The translations under genes and the position numbers were made by a program. DNA of 32,000 nucleotides from Vicinamibacteria bacterium (GTDB lineage Bacteria; Acidobacteriota; Vicinamibacteria; Vicinamibacterales; UBA8438), in NCBI GenBank assembly GCA_022820675.1, contig JAJEFC010000073.1, positions 10,330 to 42,329 of the forward strand. Direction: 5' to 3'. The notes below the pieces were generated by a model, which was not told where the DNA came from, did no database searches, and saw only the letters and a program-made list of their open reading frames with translations. Below, in pieces: positions 7,442 to 18,600 of the stretch (its first letter is position 1; each line of letters opens with the position of its first letter).

Positions 7442-9853
7442 ATGATCGAGGGAAGCCCGAGCTCGCTGGACGTGCGTCCGGGCGGCGAGACGGCGATCCT
7501 GGCCGGGTGGTCGGCGCGCCTCGCGTGCGCCCTTGTGTCGTGCGCCCTGGTCCTGGCGGGAACGGCGGCGGCGGCCCAGCAGCAGGCCCTCGCCCCGCAG
7601 ACCGGCGCCATCGACGGCCCCCCCGCGCCGGTGCCGCCGGCCACCATCAACCGCGACGCGGCCGGCGGGGCGACGGTGCGCGCCGTCCGCCTCGATCAGC
7701 CGCTGCTGCTCGACGGCGTGCTCGACGAACTGGCCTACGAGACGACCGAGCCCTTCGGCGGCTTCATCCAGCAGGCCCCCGACGAGGGGGCGCCGGCCAC
7801 GGAGGCGACCGAGAACTGGATCTTCTTCGACGACGAGTCCGTCTACGTGGGGGCCCGCGTGTACGAGTCGGTCCCGGAGTCGGCGTGGGTCGCCAACGAG
7901 ATGCAGCGCGACTCGTTCCAGCTCATCAACAACGACGGCTACATCGTCGTCTTCGACACGTTCTACGACCGCCGGAACGGCTTCTCGTTCCGGGTCAACC
8001 CCATCGGGGGGTTCAGCGACCAGCAGATCACCGACGAGGGCAACCCCAACCCCGACTGGAACCCCGTGTGGGACGTGCGCACCGGCCGCTTCGACGGCGG
8101 CTGGACGGTCGAGATGGAGGTGCCCTTCCAGTCGCTCCGCTTCCGGCCGGGGGCGAACCAGGTGTGGGGCATCCAGATCGGCCGCGACATCCGGTCGAAC
8201 TACGAGGAGGCCTACCTCACGGCGGTGCCCATCTCGGCCGGCCCGGGGCAGTTCCGCCTGTCGGTGGCCGGCACCCTCGTGGGCCTCGAGGTGCCCGCGG
8301 ACAGCCGCACGTTCGAGGTCAAGCCCTACGCCATCGGCTCCGTCAACACCGACCGGACCGTCGCGCCGCCGATCTCGAACGCCGGTGACGGGAACGGCGG
8401 CGTCGACCTCAAGTACGGGCTGACCGAGAACCTGACCGCCGACTTCACGCTGAACACCGACTTCGCGCAGGTCGAGGTGGACGAGCAGCAGATCAACCTG
8501 ACCCGGTTCAGCCTGTTCTTCCCCGAGAAGCGCGAGTTCTTCCTGGAGAGCCAGGGCATCTTCGACTTCGCGCGGGTGGCCGGCTTCGGCGGCTTCGGCG
8601 GGTCGGCGCGGGGGAACCTCAACGCGGCGCCGGGGGTCTTCCCGCCCGGCGACGCGCCGACCCTCTTCTTCAGCCGGCGCATCGGCCTCGACGCGACGGG
8701 GCGGACGGTGCCCATCCTCGGCGGCGGACGGCTGACCGGCAAGGTGGGCGACTTCAGCGTGGGGGCCATCAACATCCAGACCGACGACGTGTCCACCGGC
8801 GCCGCGTCGCCCGCCGGCGCCGCCGGCACGAACTTCAGCGTGCTTCGCATCAAACGCGACATCCTGCGCCGGAGCCGCGTCGGCGCGATGTTCACCAACC
8901 GGTCGATCTCGTTGAACGGCGACGGCGCGAACCAGGCCTACGGCCTCGACGGGTCGTTCTCGTTCTACGACAACGTCAACCTCTACGGCTACTACGCCCA
9001 GACGAGGACGCCGGGCCTCGAAGGCGACGACGAGAGCTATCAGGCCGCGTTCTCGTACGAGGGCGACCTCTACGGCCTCCTCGTCGACCACCTGCAGGTC
9101 GGCGGGAACTTCAACCCCGAGATCGGCTTCATGCGCCGCCACGACTTCCGGCGCAGCTACGTCCACGCGCAGTTCAGCCCGCGGCCCGAGGGCATCGAGG
9201 CGGTGCGCCAGTTCACGTGGGCCGGCAGCCTCGACTACATCACCAACGGGGCCGGGCAAATCGAGACCCGCATCCTGTCGGGGCGCTTCCAGACCTCGTT
9301 CGAGAACAGCGACAGCCTGAGCGCGGACATCCAGCAGGACTACGAGCTGCTGACCGACCCCTTCGAGCTCGCCGGCGCCATGACCCTGCCCGTCGGCGGC
9401 TACGAGTTCACCGACTTCCAGGTGTCCTACCGCATGGGGCCGCAGCGCCGGGTGGCGGGCAACCTGTGGGTCCAGCACGGCGAGTTCTTCGACGGCGACA
9501 TCACCGCCGTCGGCTACTCGCGGGGCCGCATCGAGGTGACGCGGCAGTTCGCGGTCGAGCCGAGCGTCTCGCTGAACCGCATCACCCTGCCGCAGGGCGC
9601 GTTCACGGCCCGGGTGACGACGACGCGGCTCACCTACACCTTCACGCCGCGCATGTTCGCGAGCGCGCTGCTGCAGCACAACTCGGTCGACAACGTGCTG
9701 AGCACCAACGTGCGCCTCCGCTGGGAGTATCAGCCGGGCAGCGAGCTGTTCGTGGTGTACAACGACCAGCGCGACACCTGGCTGAGCCGCGGCTTCCCGA
9801 TGCTCGAAAACCGCGCCTTCGTGGTGAAGGTCACCCGCCAGTTCCGCTTCTGA
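7442..9853 (+). CDS. DUF5916-family outer-membrane protein with an N-terminal CBM9-like domain
   Basis: A signal peptide is present. The motif set is LDG.LDE, ...FIQQAPDEGAPATE...WIFFDDESVYVGARV, ...WNPVWDVRTGRFDGGWTVEMEVPFQSLRF and ...WGIQIGRDI. A long beta-rich C-terminal part ends in ...TRQFRF, the C-terminal aromatic typical of OMP barrels. Confidence 0.85.
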   Translation: MIEGSPSSLDVRPGGETAILAGWSARLACALVSCALVLAGTAAAAQQQALAPQTGAIDGPPAPVPPATINRDAAGGATVRAVRLDQPLLLDGVLDELAYETTEPFGGFIQQAPDEGAPATEATENWIFFDDESVYVGARVYESVPESAWVANEMQRDSFQLINNDGYIVVFDTFYDRRNGFSFRVNPIGGFSDQQITDEGNPNPDWNPVWDVRTGRFDGGWTVEMEVPFQSLRFRPGANQVWGIQIGRDIRSNYEEAYLTAVPISAGPGQFRLSVAGTLVGLEVPADSRTFEVKPYAIGSVNTDRTVAPPISNAGDGNGGVDLKYGLTENLTADFTLNTDFAQVEVDEQQINLTRFSLFFPEKREFFLESQGIFDFARVAGFGGFGGSARGNLNAAPGVFPPGDAPTLFFSRRIGLDATGRTVPILGGGRLTGKVGDFSVGAINIQTDDVSTGAASPAGAAGTNFSVLRIKRDILRRSRVGAMFTNRSISLNGDGANQAYGLDGSFSFYDNVNLYGYYAQTRTPGLEGDDESYQAAFSYEGDLYGLLVDHLQVGGNFNPEIGFMRRHDFRRSYVHAQFSPRPEGIEAVRQFTWAGSLDYITNGAGQIETRILSGRFQTSFENSDSLSADIQQDYELLTDPFELAGAMTLPVGGYEFTDFQVSYRMGPQRRVAGNLWVQHGEFFDGDITAVGYSRGRIEVTRQFAVEPSVSLNRITLPQGAFTARVTTTRLTYTFTPRMFASALLQHNSVDNVLSTNVRLRWEYQPGSELFVVYNDQRDTWLSRGFPMLENRAFVVKVTRQFRF

Positions 9854-9943
9854 GCCGACACCGTCCGGTTGCACTCCTCGCCGAAGGCGTCTCCGCCGGG
9901 CGGGCGGGGGCCGCGGCGACAGACCCCGTTACGCGAGGTCCAA

Positions 9944-11464
9944 GTGAACGTTCGTCTGACGACGCTCCTCCACGACATCCTGACCAGCCGCGTCTACGAC
10001 GTCGCCCGCGAGACCCCCCTCGATCCCGCGGCGGCGCTGTCGAGCCGCCTCGGCAACGCGGTGCTGCTCAAGCGCGAGGACCTGCAGCCGGTGTTCAGCT
10101 TCAAGCTGCGGGGCGCGTACAACAAGATCGCCCATCTCGACGAGGCCGAGCGCGCGCGCGGCATCATCACCGCCAGCGCCGGCAACCACTCGCAGGGCGT
10201 CGCCTGCTCGGCGCGGAAGCTGGGGCTGCGCGCCGCCATCGTCATGCCCGAGACGACCCCCCGCATCAAGGTCGACGCGGTGCGCGCGCTCGGCGCCGAG
10301 GTGGTGCTGCGCGGCGACAGCTACCCCGAGGCGCAGGCCCACTGCGACGGGCTGGCGGCGAAAACCGGCGCGACCTTCATCCATCCCTTCGACGACCCCC
10401 TCGTGATTGCGGGCCAGGGGACGATAGGGGCCGAGATTCTGCGGCACACGCGCCGGCCCGCCGCCGTCTTCGTGCCCGTCGGGGGCGGCGGGCTGATCGC
10501 GGGAATCGCCGGCTACGTCAAGTCGCTGCAGCCCGACGTGCGGGTCGTCGGCGTCGAGCCGTTCGAGGCCGACGCCATGTACCGGGCCCTCGGCGAGGGC
10601 CGGCGCGTGGAGCTCGACCACGTGGGCATCTTCGCCGACGGCGTCGCGGTGCGGAGGGTCGGCGCCCTGCCGTTCGCCATCGCGAAGGACACGGTGGACG
10701 AGATCGTGCGGGTCAGCAACGACGAGACGTGCGCTGCGATCAAGGACATCTTCGACGACACGCGCACGGTGATGGAGCCGGCCGGCGCGCTCGCGGTGGC
10801 GGGGCTCAAGCGGTGGGTGGCCCGGGAGGGCGCGCGCGGCCGGACGCTGGTGGCCGTCGCCAGCGGCGCCAACATCAACTTCGACCGCCTGCGCTTCGTG
10901 GCCGAGCGCGCCGAGGTCGGCGAGGCGCGCGAGGCGCTGCTGGCGGTGACGATTCCCGAACGGCGGGGCGCGTTCCGCGAGTTCTGCGCCACCATCGGCC
11001 GGCGCGTCGTCACCGAGTTCAACTACCGCCTCAGCGACCGGCAGATCGCGCACATCTTCGTGGGGCTGGCCGTCCAGTCGCGCCGCGACGCCAGCGACGT
11101 GGCCCGCCTGCTCTCTGCCCGGGGCTACGAGGTCGAGGACCTCACCGACAACGAGATGGCGAAGCTCCACGTCCGCCACATGGTGGGCGGACGCGCCTCG
11201 GCGGTGCACGACGAACGGCTGTGCCGGTTCGAGTTCCCCGAACGGCCGGGCGCCCTCATCGACTTTCTCGACAAGCTGGCCAACCGGTGGAACATCAGCC
11301 TGTTCCACTACCGCAACCACGGCGCCGACTTCGGCCGGGTGCTGGCCGGGCTCGAGGTGCCCGACGCGGAGACGCCCGACTTCCGGGCGTTTCTCGAAGC
11401 GCTCGGCTATGCCTATACCGTCGAGGCCGACAACCCCGCGTACACGTTCTTCCTGCAGCACTGA
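9944..11464 (+). CDS. ilvA: Threonine ammonia-lyase (biosynthetic threonine dehydratase) with two C-terminal ACT-like regulatory domains
   Basis: The PLP-lysine motif is FSFKLRGAYNK, and GNHSQG and a GGGGL loop are present. The ~506 aa length is consistent with the biosynthetic form. I prefer GTG 9944 (GAGG 5 nt upstream) over the track's ATG 9869, because the extra 25 residues are Pro/Arg-rich and have no homology. Confidence 0.9.
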   Translation: MNVRLTTLLHDILTSRVYDVARETPLDPAAALSSRLGNAVLLKREDLQPVFSFKLRGAYNKIAHLDEAERARGIITASAGNHSQGVACSARKLGLRAAIVMPETTPRIKVDAVRALGAEVVLRGDSYPEAQAHCDGLAAKTGATFIHPFDDPLVIAGQGTIGAEILRHTRRPAAVFVPVGGGGLIAGIAGYVKSLQPDVRVVGVEPFEADAMYRALGEGRRVELDHVGIFADGVAVRRVGALPFAIAKDTVDEIVRVSNDETCAAIKDIFDDTRTVMEPAGALAVAGLKRWVAREGARGRTLVAVASGANINFDRLRFVAERAEVGEAREALLAVTIPERRGAFREFCATIGRRVVTEFNYRLSDRQIAHIFVGLAVQSRRDASDVARLLSARGYEVEDLTDNEMAKLHVRHMVGGRASAVHDERLCRFEFPERPGALIDFLDKLANRWNISLFHYRNHGADFGRVLAGLEVPDAETPDFRAFLEALGYAYTVEADNPAYTFFLQH

Positions 11465-11762
11465 GCGGGCGCGAGACGACACGGTGCCCTCCAAGTGGGT
11501 GCACGTCAGAATTGTTGGGGGCCAGATGGGAGACGGCGCCCGGAACTCCAGCGCGCCGGGTATGCGCTGGACAGCCCCGAGGCCGACGCCACCATCGCCC
11601 TGCGCCGCTGCAAGCTCAGCGACTGCTTCGGGACTTCCGGGAACGACGAGCGGCAAGGGCGCCTGACAGTCATCCCACGAATCTGACGTACACCCCCTCC
11701 AGGTTTGGAGATGGACGCGGGCGTGGCACAAGATGAACCGCATCCGCGGAACTCAGGAGCAG

Positions 11763-14072
11763 ATGATGACAACGCTGTCGGGCTCGAGACATGACATCGG
11801 TCGAATTGTCGCTTCGAACCTGGCGCTCGGCTGCGCGTGGATGATGGGCGCGGTCGCCGCATCCGCGCAGGGCGCCTTTCAGGTCGAGGAAGCCACCATC
11901 GGCGACATTCATCGCGCGATCCGCGGGGGCGAGACGACCTGCGTGCAGGTGGTGGAGGCCTACGTCGAGCGCGCGAGGGCGTACAACGGCGTCTGCACGC
12001 AGCTCGTCACCGCCGACGGCGCACCGGTCGCGCCGGGCCCGGGCGCCGTGCGGGCCGGCGCCCCCATCGAGTTCCCCGCCGCCACCGTGCCGGTGCGCGA
12101 GATTCTGCCCGACTACGACGACTACCGGGGGCGGCCGATCGAGTTCGGCCGGATGGAGCCCACGCGGTCCGACCCGGGCGTCCAGCAGCAGTACGGCATG
12201 GTCGTGGGCATGGCGGGCGCCGGCCAGCTCAACGCGCTGAGCACGCTCAACCTGCGCGGCGAGCGCTCGGTGACCTGCCAGGCCGGGTGCGACGCGCACC
12301 CGTCCGACGGTGCGCTGCCCGCGCACTGCCCCGCCGCGTGCGAGGCGTTCCGGCGACAGCCCGACGCGCTCGAGCGGGCGGCCGAGCTCGACGCGCGGTA
12401 CGGCAGGGACCCCGACCTCGAACGGATGCCGATGTACTGCGCGGCGATCTCGTTCAAGGACGTCTTCGACACCACGGACATGCGTTCGACGAGCGGAGCC
12501 GACACCGCCTATGCGATGGACGCCGCGCCGCGCGACGCGACGGTCGTCGCCGAGCTGCGCGCCAAGGGCGCCATCGTCTACGCCAAGGCCAACCTCTCGG
12601 AGTACAACGCCGGCGGCGGCGACCCGGGGGGCGCCGTCGCCCGATCGCGGACGTTCGGCGCGGGCGTCGCCCGCAGCAGTTGGGCCGGCCCCGCGTGCAA
12701 CGTCTACGACACGGCGCGCGAGCCCGGCGGCTCGAGCTCGGGGTCTGCGGTTTCGGTCGGCGCGAACCTCGCCACCTGCTCGATCTGCTAGGAGACCGGC
12801 GGCTCGTGCCGGCAGCCGGCGTGGCGCAACGGCGTCGTCGGCCTCGTGACGACGAAGGGGCTCGTGCCCTACGGCGGATCGACCGGCGTCGAGCCCTACC
12901 TCGACCGGGGAGGCATCAACTGCCGCACCGTCGAGGACGCCGCCCGCGTGCTCGACGCGCTCCGGAACCCCGACCGCGGCTTCCACGACCCGCGCGACAT
13001 CTACGCCGCGCTGCCGCGCGCGCTGGTCCCCGAGGCGCCCTACGCGAGCTTCGTCGTCGACGCCGAGGCGGCCGGGGCCAGACCGCTCGCCGGCGTCCGC
13101 ATCGGCGTGGTGCGCGAGTACATGGTGAAGCACACCGCCAACGACGCCGCGGCGAGCGATCTCGTCAACGGGGAGATCCTGCGCGTGCTGCGCGACGAGC
13201 TCGGCGCGGAGATGGTGGAGTCGTCCGACCCGGCGTATCCGGACGACCCGTCGATCCCGAACATGGCGTACGACTTCCACCGGGCGATAGCCGAGATCCT
13301 GCCCGTCCACATGCCCGAGTACATCCAGGCCAGGGACGCTGGCGGCGAGTATCGGTTCGCGGTGCCGGGTCACGACGTGACCAGCCGCGACTATCTCGTG
13401 AGGGCGGCCGAGGGCATCGTGCCGCTGTCGGCCGACCTGAACCTCCGCAGCATCAACCGCTCGCCGCGCACCCTGAGCTTCAGCTTTCACCTGGCCCAGT
13501 ACCTGATGCGCCGCGGCGACGCCGCGGTGACCGACTGGGCGAGCCTGAACGCCAACTCGAAGTACTACAGCGAGCGCCGCGCGGTGGCGATGCGCAACTG
13601 GGAGAACGCCCGCGACATCCGCTCGGCCGGCATCACCCGGCGCGTGAGGATGCGCGAGGTCATGCGGCTCGTCCTCCTCAACGTGCTGCACCGGAACGAC
13701 CTCGACGTGCTCGTCAACCCCACGATCACGGTGCCCCCGGTGCGAATCGGCTACGCCGGGGAACCGTCGGTCAACGACCGTCCGACCGGCCGGTTTCCCA
13801 CGAGCGCGAACCTCGGCATTCCGGAGATAACGGTGCCGGCCGGCTTCAACCGGATCGTCTACGACCCCGAGTACGTGCTGAACGACGACCGGGACGGCTA
13901 CGACAACGTCACCGGCAGCCGCCGGACGGAGCTCGACGCCGCGCTCCCGGTCGGCGTCTCGTTCTGGGCGGGCCCCGGCGACGAGCCCATCGTCCTGCGC
14001 GTCGCGTCGGCCTACGAAGCGGCCACGAAGCACCGCCGGCCGCCGCCGGACTTCGGACCTGTGGACCGATGA
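11763..14072 (+). pseudogene. Secreted amidase-signature (AS) family amidase, interrupted by a single in-frame TAG at 12789-12791
   Basis: Track ORFs 11733-12791 and 12846-14072 are in the same frame (12792 to 12846 is 54 nt). Read through, the sequence is GGSSSGSAVSVGANLATCSIC-TAG-ETGGSCRQPAWRNGVVGLVTTKGLVPYGG, which is the AS signature with the nucleophile Ser (GGS) after the TAG. The catalytic Lys lies in ISFKDVFDT. A signal peptide is present, and AGGAG precedes ATG 11763/11766. Confidence 0.8.
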
Positions 14073-14200
14073 CGCCGACGTGCGAGAAGGCGCGTGCCCG
14101 GACGAGTCGATGGCCGAGGGGACCCGACCGGCGTCGACTCGCGGCTGCTGATAAAATCGCCGGTCTCCGCGACGGACCCGCTACGGAACCGGAGAGTCCG

Positions 14201-15217
14201 ATGCCCATGAAGCCGCTCATCGCCGTGCTCGCCCTCGCGTTCGCTGCAACCGCCGGCGCGCAGCCGGCCGGGTTCGACCGCCTGCCGCCCGACGTCCTCG
14301 ACGCCGCGCCGCCGTCGGAGCGCGTCACCGGCGAGCCCGGCGCCATGAAGATCCGCCGAACGTCGTGCCGCACGGCGCCGATGGATGAGATCCGGCGGCG
14401 CATCGTCGACCTCGCGGTGCAGGAGTGGGCGTTCTTCGGCTTCATCGTCGTGGACCAGACCGTGGTCGAGGAGTCCGGCTCGGGCCAGCCGCGCCGGCGC
14501 CGTTGGCGGCGCCCCGGTCGGGCCGAGTCGGCCCGCGTGGCCGCCTCCATCGCCGGCTACTGGACGGTCACGCCGCAGGGCGGCTGGATCATCGGCGAAC
14601 AGAACGACGCCTGGGGCGGGCCGCGCGGCGTCGCCTCGCGCTGGCGCTACCCGTGGTCGGCGGCCTTCGTGTCGTGGGCGATGTGCGAGGCCGGCCTCGG
14701 CGAGGCGTCCCGCTTCCAGCGCGCGGTAGCGCACCACGCCTACATCGATCAGGCCATCCGCGCGCGCGACGGCCGAGCGCCCGACGCGGCGTTCGCGGCC
14801 TACGACGTCGGCGAGGCGCCGATCGTGCCGGGCGATCTGCTGTGCAGCGCGCGCCGGCCCGCCTACCGTTCCATCGCCGAGCGCCGGCGCCAGCTCGGCG
14901 TCGGCGCCCGGACCCACTGCGACATCGTCGTGAAGGTCGAGCCGTCGCCCAGCCGCATTCTCGCCGTCGGCGGCAACGTGCGCGGCGCCGTGAGCCTGAA
15001 GCTGCTCCCGGCTGCCGATGACGGTCCCGACGGCAGTCTCCGCCCGCTACCAGGCCGGAGGCGGATCTTCGCCCACCTCAAGCTCCGCGCCCCGTCCCTC
15101 GCGGCCGACGCGCTCGACCGCACGCCCACGATGCGCGCGGTTCGGTGCACCGACGGCTTCCCGCTGCCGCCACCGGCAGCCGCCGCCGGCCTCGTCGGTC
15201 CCGGCGCCTTCTGCTGA
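14201..15217 (+). CDS. DUF2272 domain-containing secreted protein
   Basis: This is the C-terminal part of the artefactual track ORF 11837-15217. GGAGAG lies 4 nt before ATG 14201, and the signal peptide is MKPLIAVLALAFAATAGAQP. The motifs are YPWSAAFVSWAMCEAG, PGDLLCSAR, HCDIVVKV and AVGGNVRGAVS. Confidence 0.75.
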   Translation: MPMKPLIAVLALAFAATAGAQPAGFDRLPPDVLDAAPPSERVTGEPGAMKIRRTSCRTAPMDEIRRRIVDLAVQEWAFFGFIVVDQTVVEESGSGQPRRRRWRRPGRAESARVAASIAGYWTVTPQGGWIIGEQNDAWGGPRGVASRWRYPWSAAFVSWAMCEAGLGEASRFQRAVAHHAYIDQAIRARDGRAPDAAFAAYDVGEAPIVPGDLLCSARRPAYRSIAERRRQLGVGARTHCDIVVKVEPSPSRILAVGGNVRGAVSLKLLPAADDGPDGSLRPLPGRRRIFAHLKLRAPSLAADALDRTPTMRAVRCTDGFPLPPPAAAAGLVGPGAFC

Positions 15218-15609
15218 GTCCAGCCGCAACGGAGTACGGCGCCTCGCCCGAAATCATTCCGGTTTCCGGACCCGGGTGACGCGGCATGGCTTCCGCGCCC
15301 TCCGGCGAGTCGCCCTCCCGTCGAGAGCCCGCGGGCCACGACAGCCCGCGTCCCGGGTCCGTCCTCCAGGGGTTGAGCCCGGCCAAGGAGGAAGAGCCCC
15401 CTCCCCCGCGTCGGCACTTCGAGGCGTTTCGGGCGCAGCCATGAGACGATGCTCACCGACCGAGAAGCGGTGGCGGCCGTTCTGGCCGATACCTCATGGG
15501 CCGGTCGTCGGCGCCCTGCGATGAACGAAGCCGGTCGACCGCACGTCCAATCGGGCACGGAGCAGGAACGAAACGGGGGGCGCGGGGTCCAAACGTCCCG
15601 GGGGAAGAG

Positions 15610-18600
15610 ATGCGCTACTTCACCGCTACGCTGACGCTGCTGGTCTCGCTGGCGGCAACGCCCGTCCTGGCCCAGATCGACGCCCGGATGCTGCGCCATC
15701 CCGACGTCTCCGAGACGCAGATCGCCTTCGTCTACGCGGGCGACATCTGGGTGGTCGCCAAGGAGGGCGGCTCGGCCCGCAAGCTGAGCTCGCCGCCCGG
15801 GGAAGAGTCCTTCCCGCGGTTCTCGCCCGACGGCAAGCAGATCGCCTTCAGCGGCAACTACCACGGCAACACCGACGTCTACGTCGTCCCGACCCTGGGC
15901 GGCGCGCCGTTCCGCATCACGCACCATCCGGGCGGAGACCGGGTCCTCGACTGGACGCCGGACGGCCGCGGCGTCCTCCTCGCCTCCAACCGGCGGAGCG
16001 GCCTGGCCGCCTTCCGGCAGATCTACCGCGTCGCCGTCGAGGGCGGTCAGCCCGAGCGGCTCGCCGTGCCGTACGGGGAGTTCGGCACGCTGTCGCCCGA
16101 CGGGCGGCGCATCGCCTACACCCCCGAGACCCGCGGGTTCCGCACCTGGAAGCGCTACCGGGGCGGGGCCGCACCCGAGATCTGGCTCCTCGATCTCGAG
16201 ACGCTCGACGCCGAGAACGTCAGCGACAGCCCCGCCAACGACGCCCAGCCGATGTGGCACGACGACACGCTGTATTTCCTCTCCGATCGCGGGCCGGCCC
16301 AGCGATACAACATCTGGGCCCACGACCTGACGACCGGCGCGAAGCGGCAGGTGACCACCTTCACCGACTTCGACATCACATTCCCCGCCATCGGGCCGTC
16401 GGACCTCGTCTTCCAGGCCGGGGGCCGGCTCTTTCGCATGGACCTCGCCACGGAGCGGGTCGCGGAGGTCGCAGTCGACGTCGTGACCGATCTGGCCGCC
16501 CTCGTCCCGCGCACCGCGGACGTGGCGAGCCGCATCACGTCGGCGGGAATCTCGCCGACCGGGCAGCGCGCGGTGTTCGAGGCGCGGGGCGAGATCTTCA
16601 CGGTCCCCGCCCGGCACGGCGCGGTTCGGAACCTGACGCATTCGTCGGGCGCGGCAGATCGATTCCCGGCCTGGTCGCCGGACGGCCGGTGGATCGCCTC
16701 GTGGAGCGACAGCGGGGGCGAGTACGAGCTGACGCTGCATCGGGCCGACGGCACCGGCGAGCCGCAGGTCGTGACCGCGCTCGGGCCGGGGTTCCGCTAC
16801 CGGCCGTTCTGGGCCCCCGACAGCACCAGGCTCGCCTTCATCGACCACACGCAGCGCATCCACGTCTTCGACCGCGAGACCGAGGCGCTGACCGAGGTCG
16901 ACCGCGGGCTGCACATGCTCCATAACGCGCTGGCCGGCTTCGAGCTGAGCTGGTCGCACGACAGCCGCTGGCTCGCCTGGTCCCGAGGGCTCGAGACCAC
17001 CAACAGCGCCATCTTCCTCTTCGATACCGAAGCCGGCGAGCGGTTCCAGGTGACCTCCGGCTACTACAACGACTTCCGGCCCGTCTTCGACCCGGCCGGG
17101 AAGCACCTCTACTACTACTCGAACCGGACCCTCGCTCCGGTCTATTCCGATCTCGACGCCACCTGGGTCTACCCCAACGCGACGAACATCGTGGCCGCGA
17201 CCCTGCGCGACGACGTGCCGTCCCCCCTCGCGCCCCGCAACGACGAGGAGCCCGTCGCGGAGGACGACGACGAGGACGAGCCCGGCGAGGGCGAGCCCGG
17301 CGAAGAGGCGGCCGGGGAAGCGGACGACTCCGGGCCCGAGTCGGACGAGGACGACGCCGGCCCGGCGCCGCTCGACATCGACGTCGACGGCTTCGAGGGC
17401 CGAGCCGTGATGCTGCCGGTCGAGGCCGGGAACTTCGGCCGCCTGCGGGCGGTCGACGGCAAGGTCGTCTTCCACCGCAGGCCGCACGCCGGCGGCGCCG
17501 GCGACCAGCCGAGCCCCATCGTCGCCTGGGACCTCGAGGAACGGGAGGAGCAGACCATCCTGCCCGACGGCGACAGCTTCGAGATCTCGGCGGACGGCAG
17601 GAAGCTGCTCGTGTCGAACGAGCGAGCGTGGGCGATCGTCGACGTCGCGCCGGGACAGACGCTGGAGAACCGCCTGGCCACCAACGCGCTGACGATGACG
17701 CTCGACCCGCCGGCCGAGTGGCGGCAGATGTTCGACGAGGTGTGGCGCACCTACCGGGACTACTTCTACGACGACGACCTCCACGGCCTCGACTGGCACG
17801 GACTGCGGGCGCAGTACGGCGGCCTGGTCGACCAGGCGGTCACGCGCTGGGACGTCAACTTCCTCATCGGCGAGCTCATCGGCGAGGTCAACGCGTCGCA
17901 CACCTACGTCGGCGGGGGCGACACCGAGACGCCGCGCCGGCGCGGCGTCGGCCTGCTCGGCGTCGACTGGTCGCTGGAGAACGGCGCCTACCGCATCGCC
18001 CGCATCGTGCGGGGCGCCGCCTGGGACATCGAGGACCGGTCTCCCCTCGACGAGCCCGGCGTCGACGTCGACGAGGGGGACTACGTGCTCGCGGTCAACG
18101 GGAACCCCCTCGACCCCGCGCGCGACCCGTACTCGGCCTTCGAGGGGCTGGCGGGCGAGACCGTCCTCCTCACCGTGAACGACCGGCCGACGACCGACGG
18201 CGCCCGCGAGGTCGTCGTGACGACGCTCACGAACGAGGCGACGCTCCGCATGCGGAACTGGATCGAGCAGAACCGCCTGCGTGTCGACGAGGCGTCCGGC
18301 GGCCGCATCGGCTACGTGTACGTGCCGAACACGGCGGTCCCCGGCCAGACCGAGCTCGTGCGGCAGTTCAACCACCAGCACGCCAGGGACGGGCTGATCA
18401 TCGACGAGCGGTGGAACGGCGGCGGTCAGTTGCCCGACCGCTTCGTCGAGTTGATGAACCGCGAGACCGTCGGCCACATCTACTTCCGGCACGGCGCGAC
18501 CGCGCGTCACCCCACCATCACCCACCGCGGCCACAAGGCGATGCTCATCAACGGCCAGGCCGGCTCGGGCGGCGACGCGTTCCCGTGGTTCTTCCGCGAG

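Noticed and set aside
11837-15217. The 1126-aa ORF spanning the amidase region and the DUF2272 gene.
   Set aside because: Only the last 338 codons (from ATG 14201, with an RBS and signal peptide) look like a real protein. The upstream part is out of frame with the amidase.
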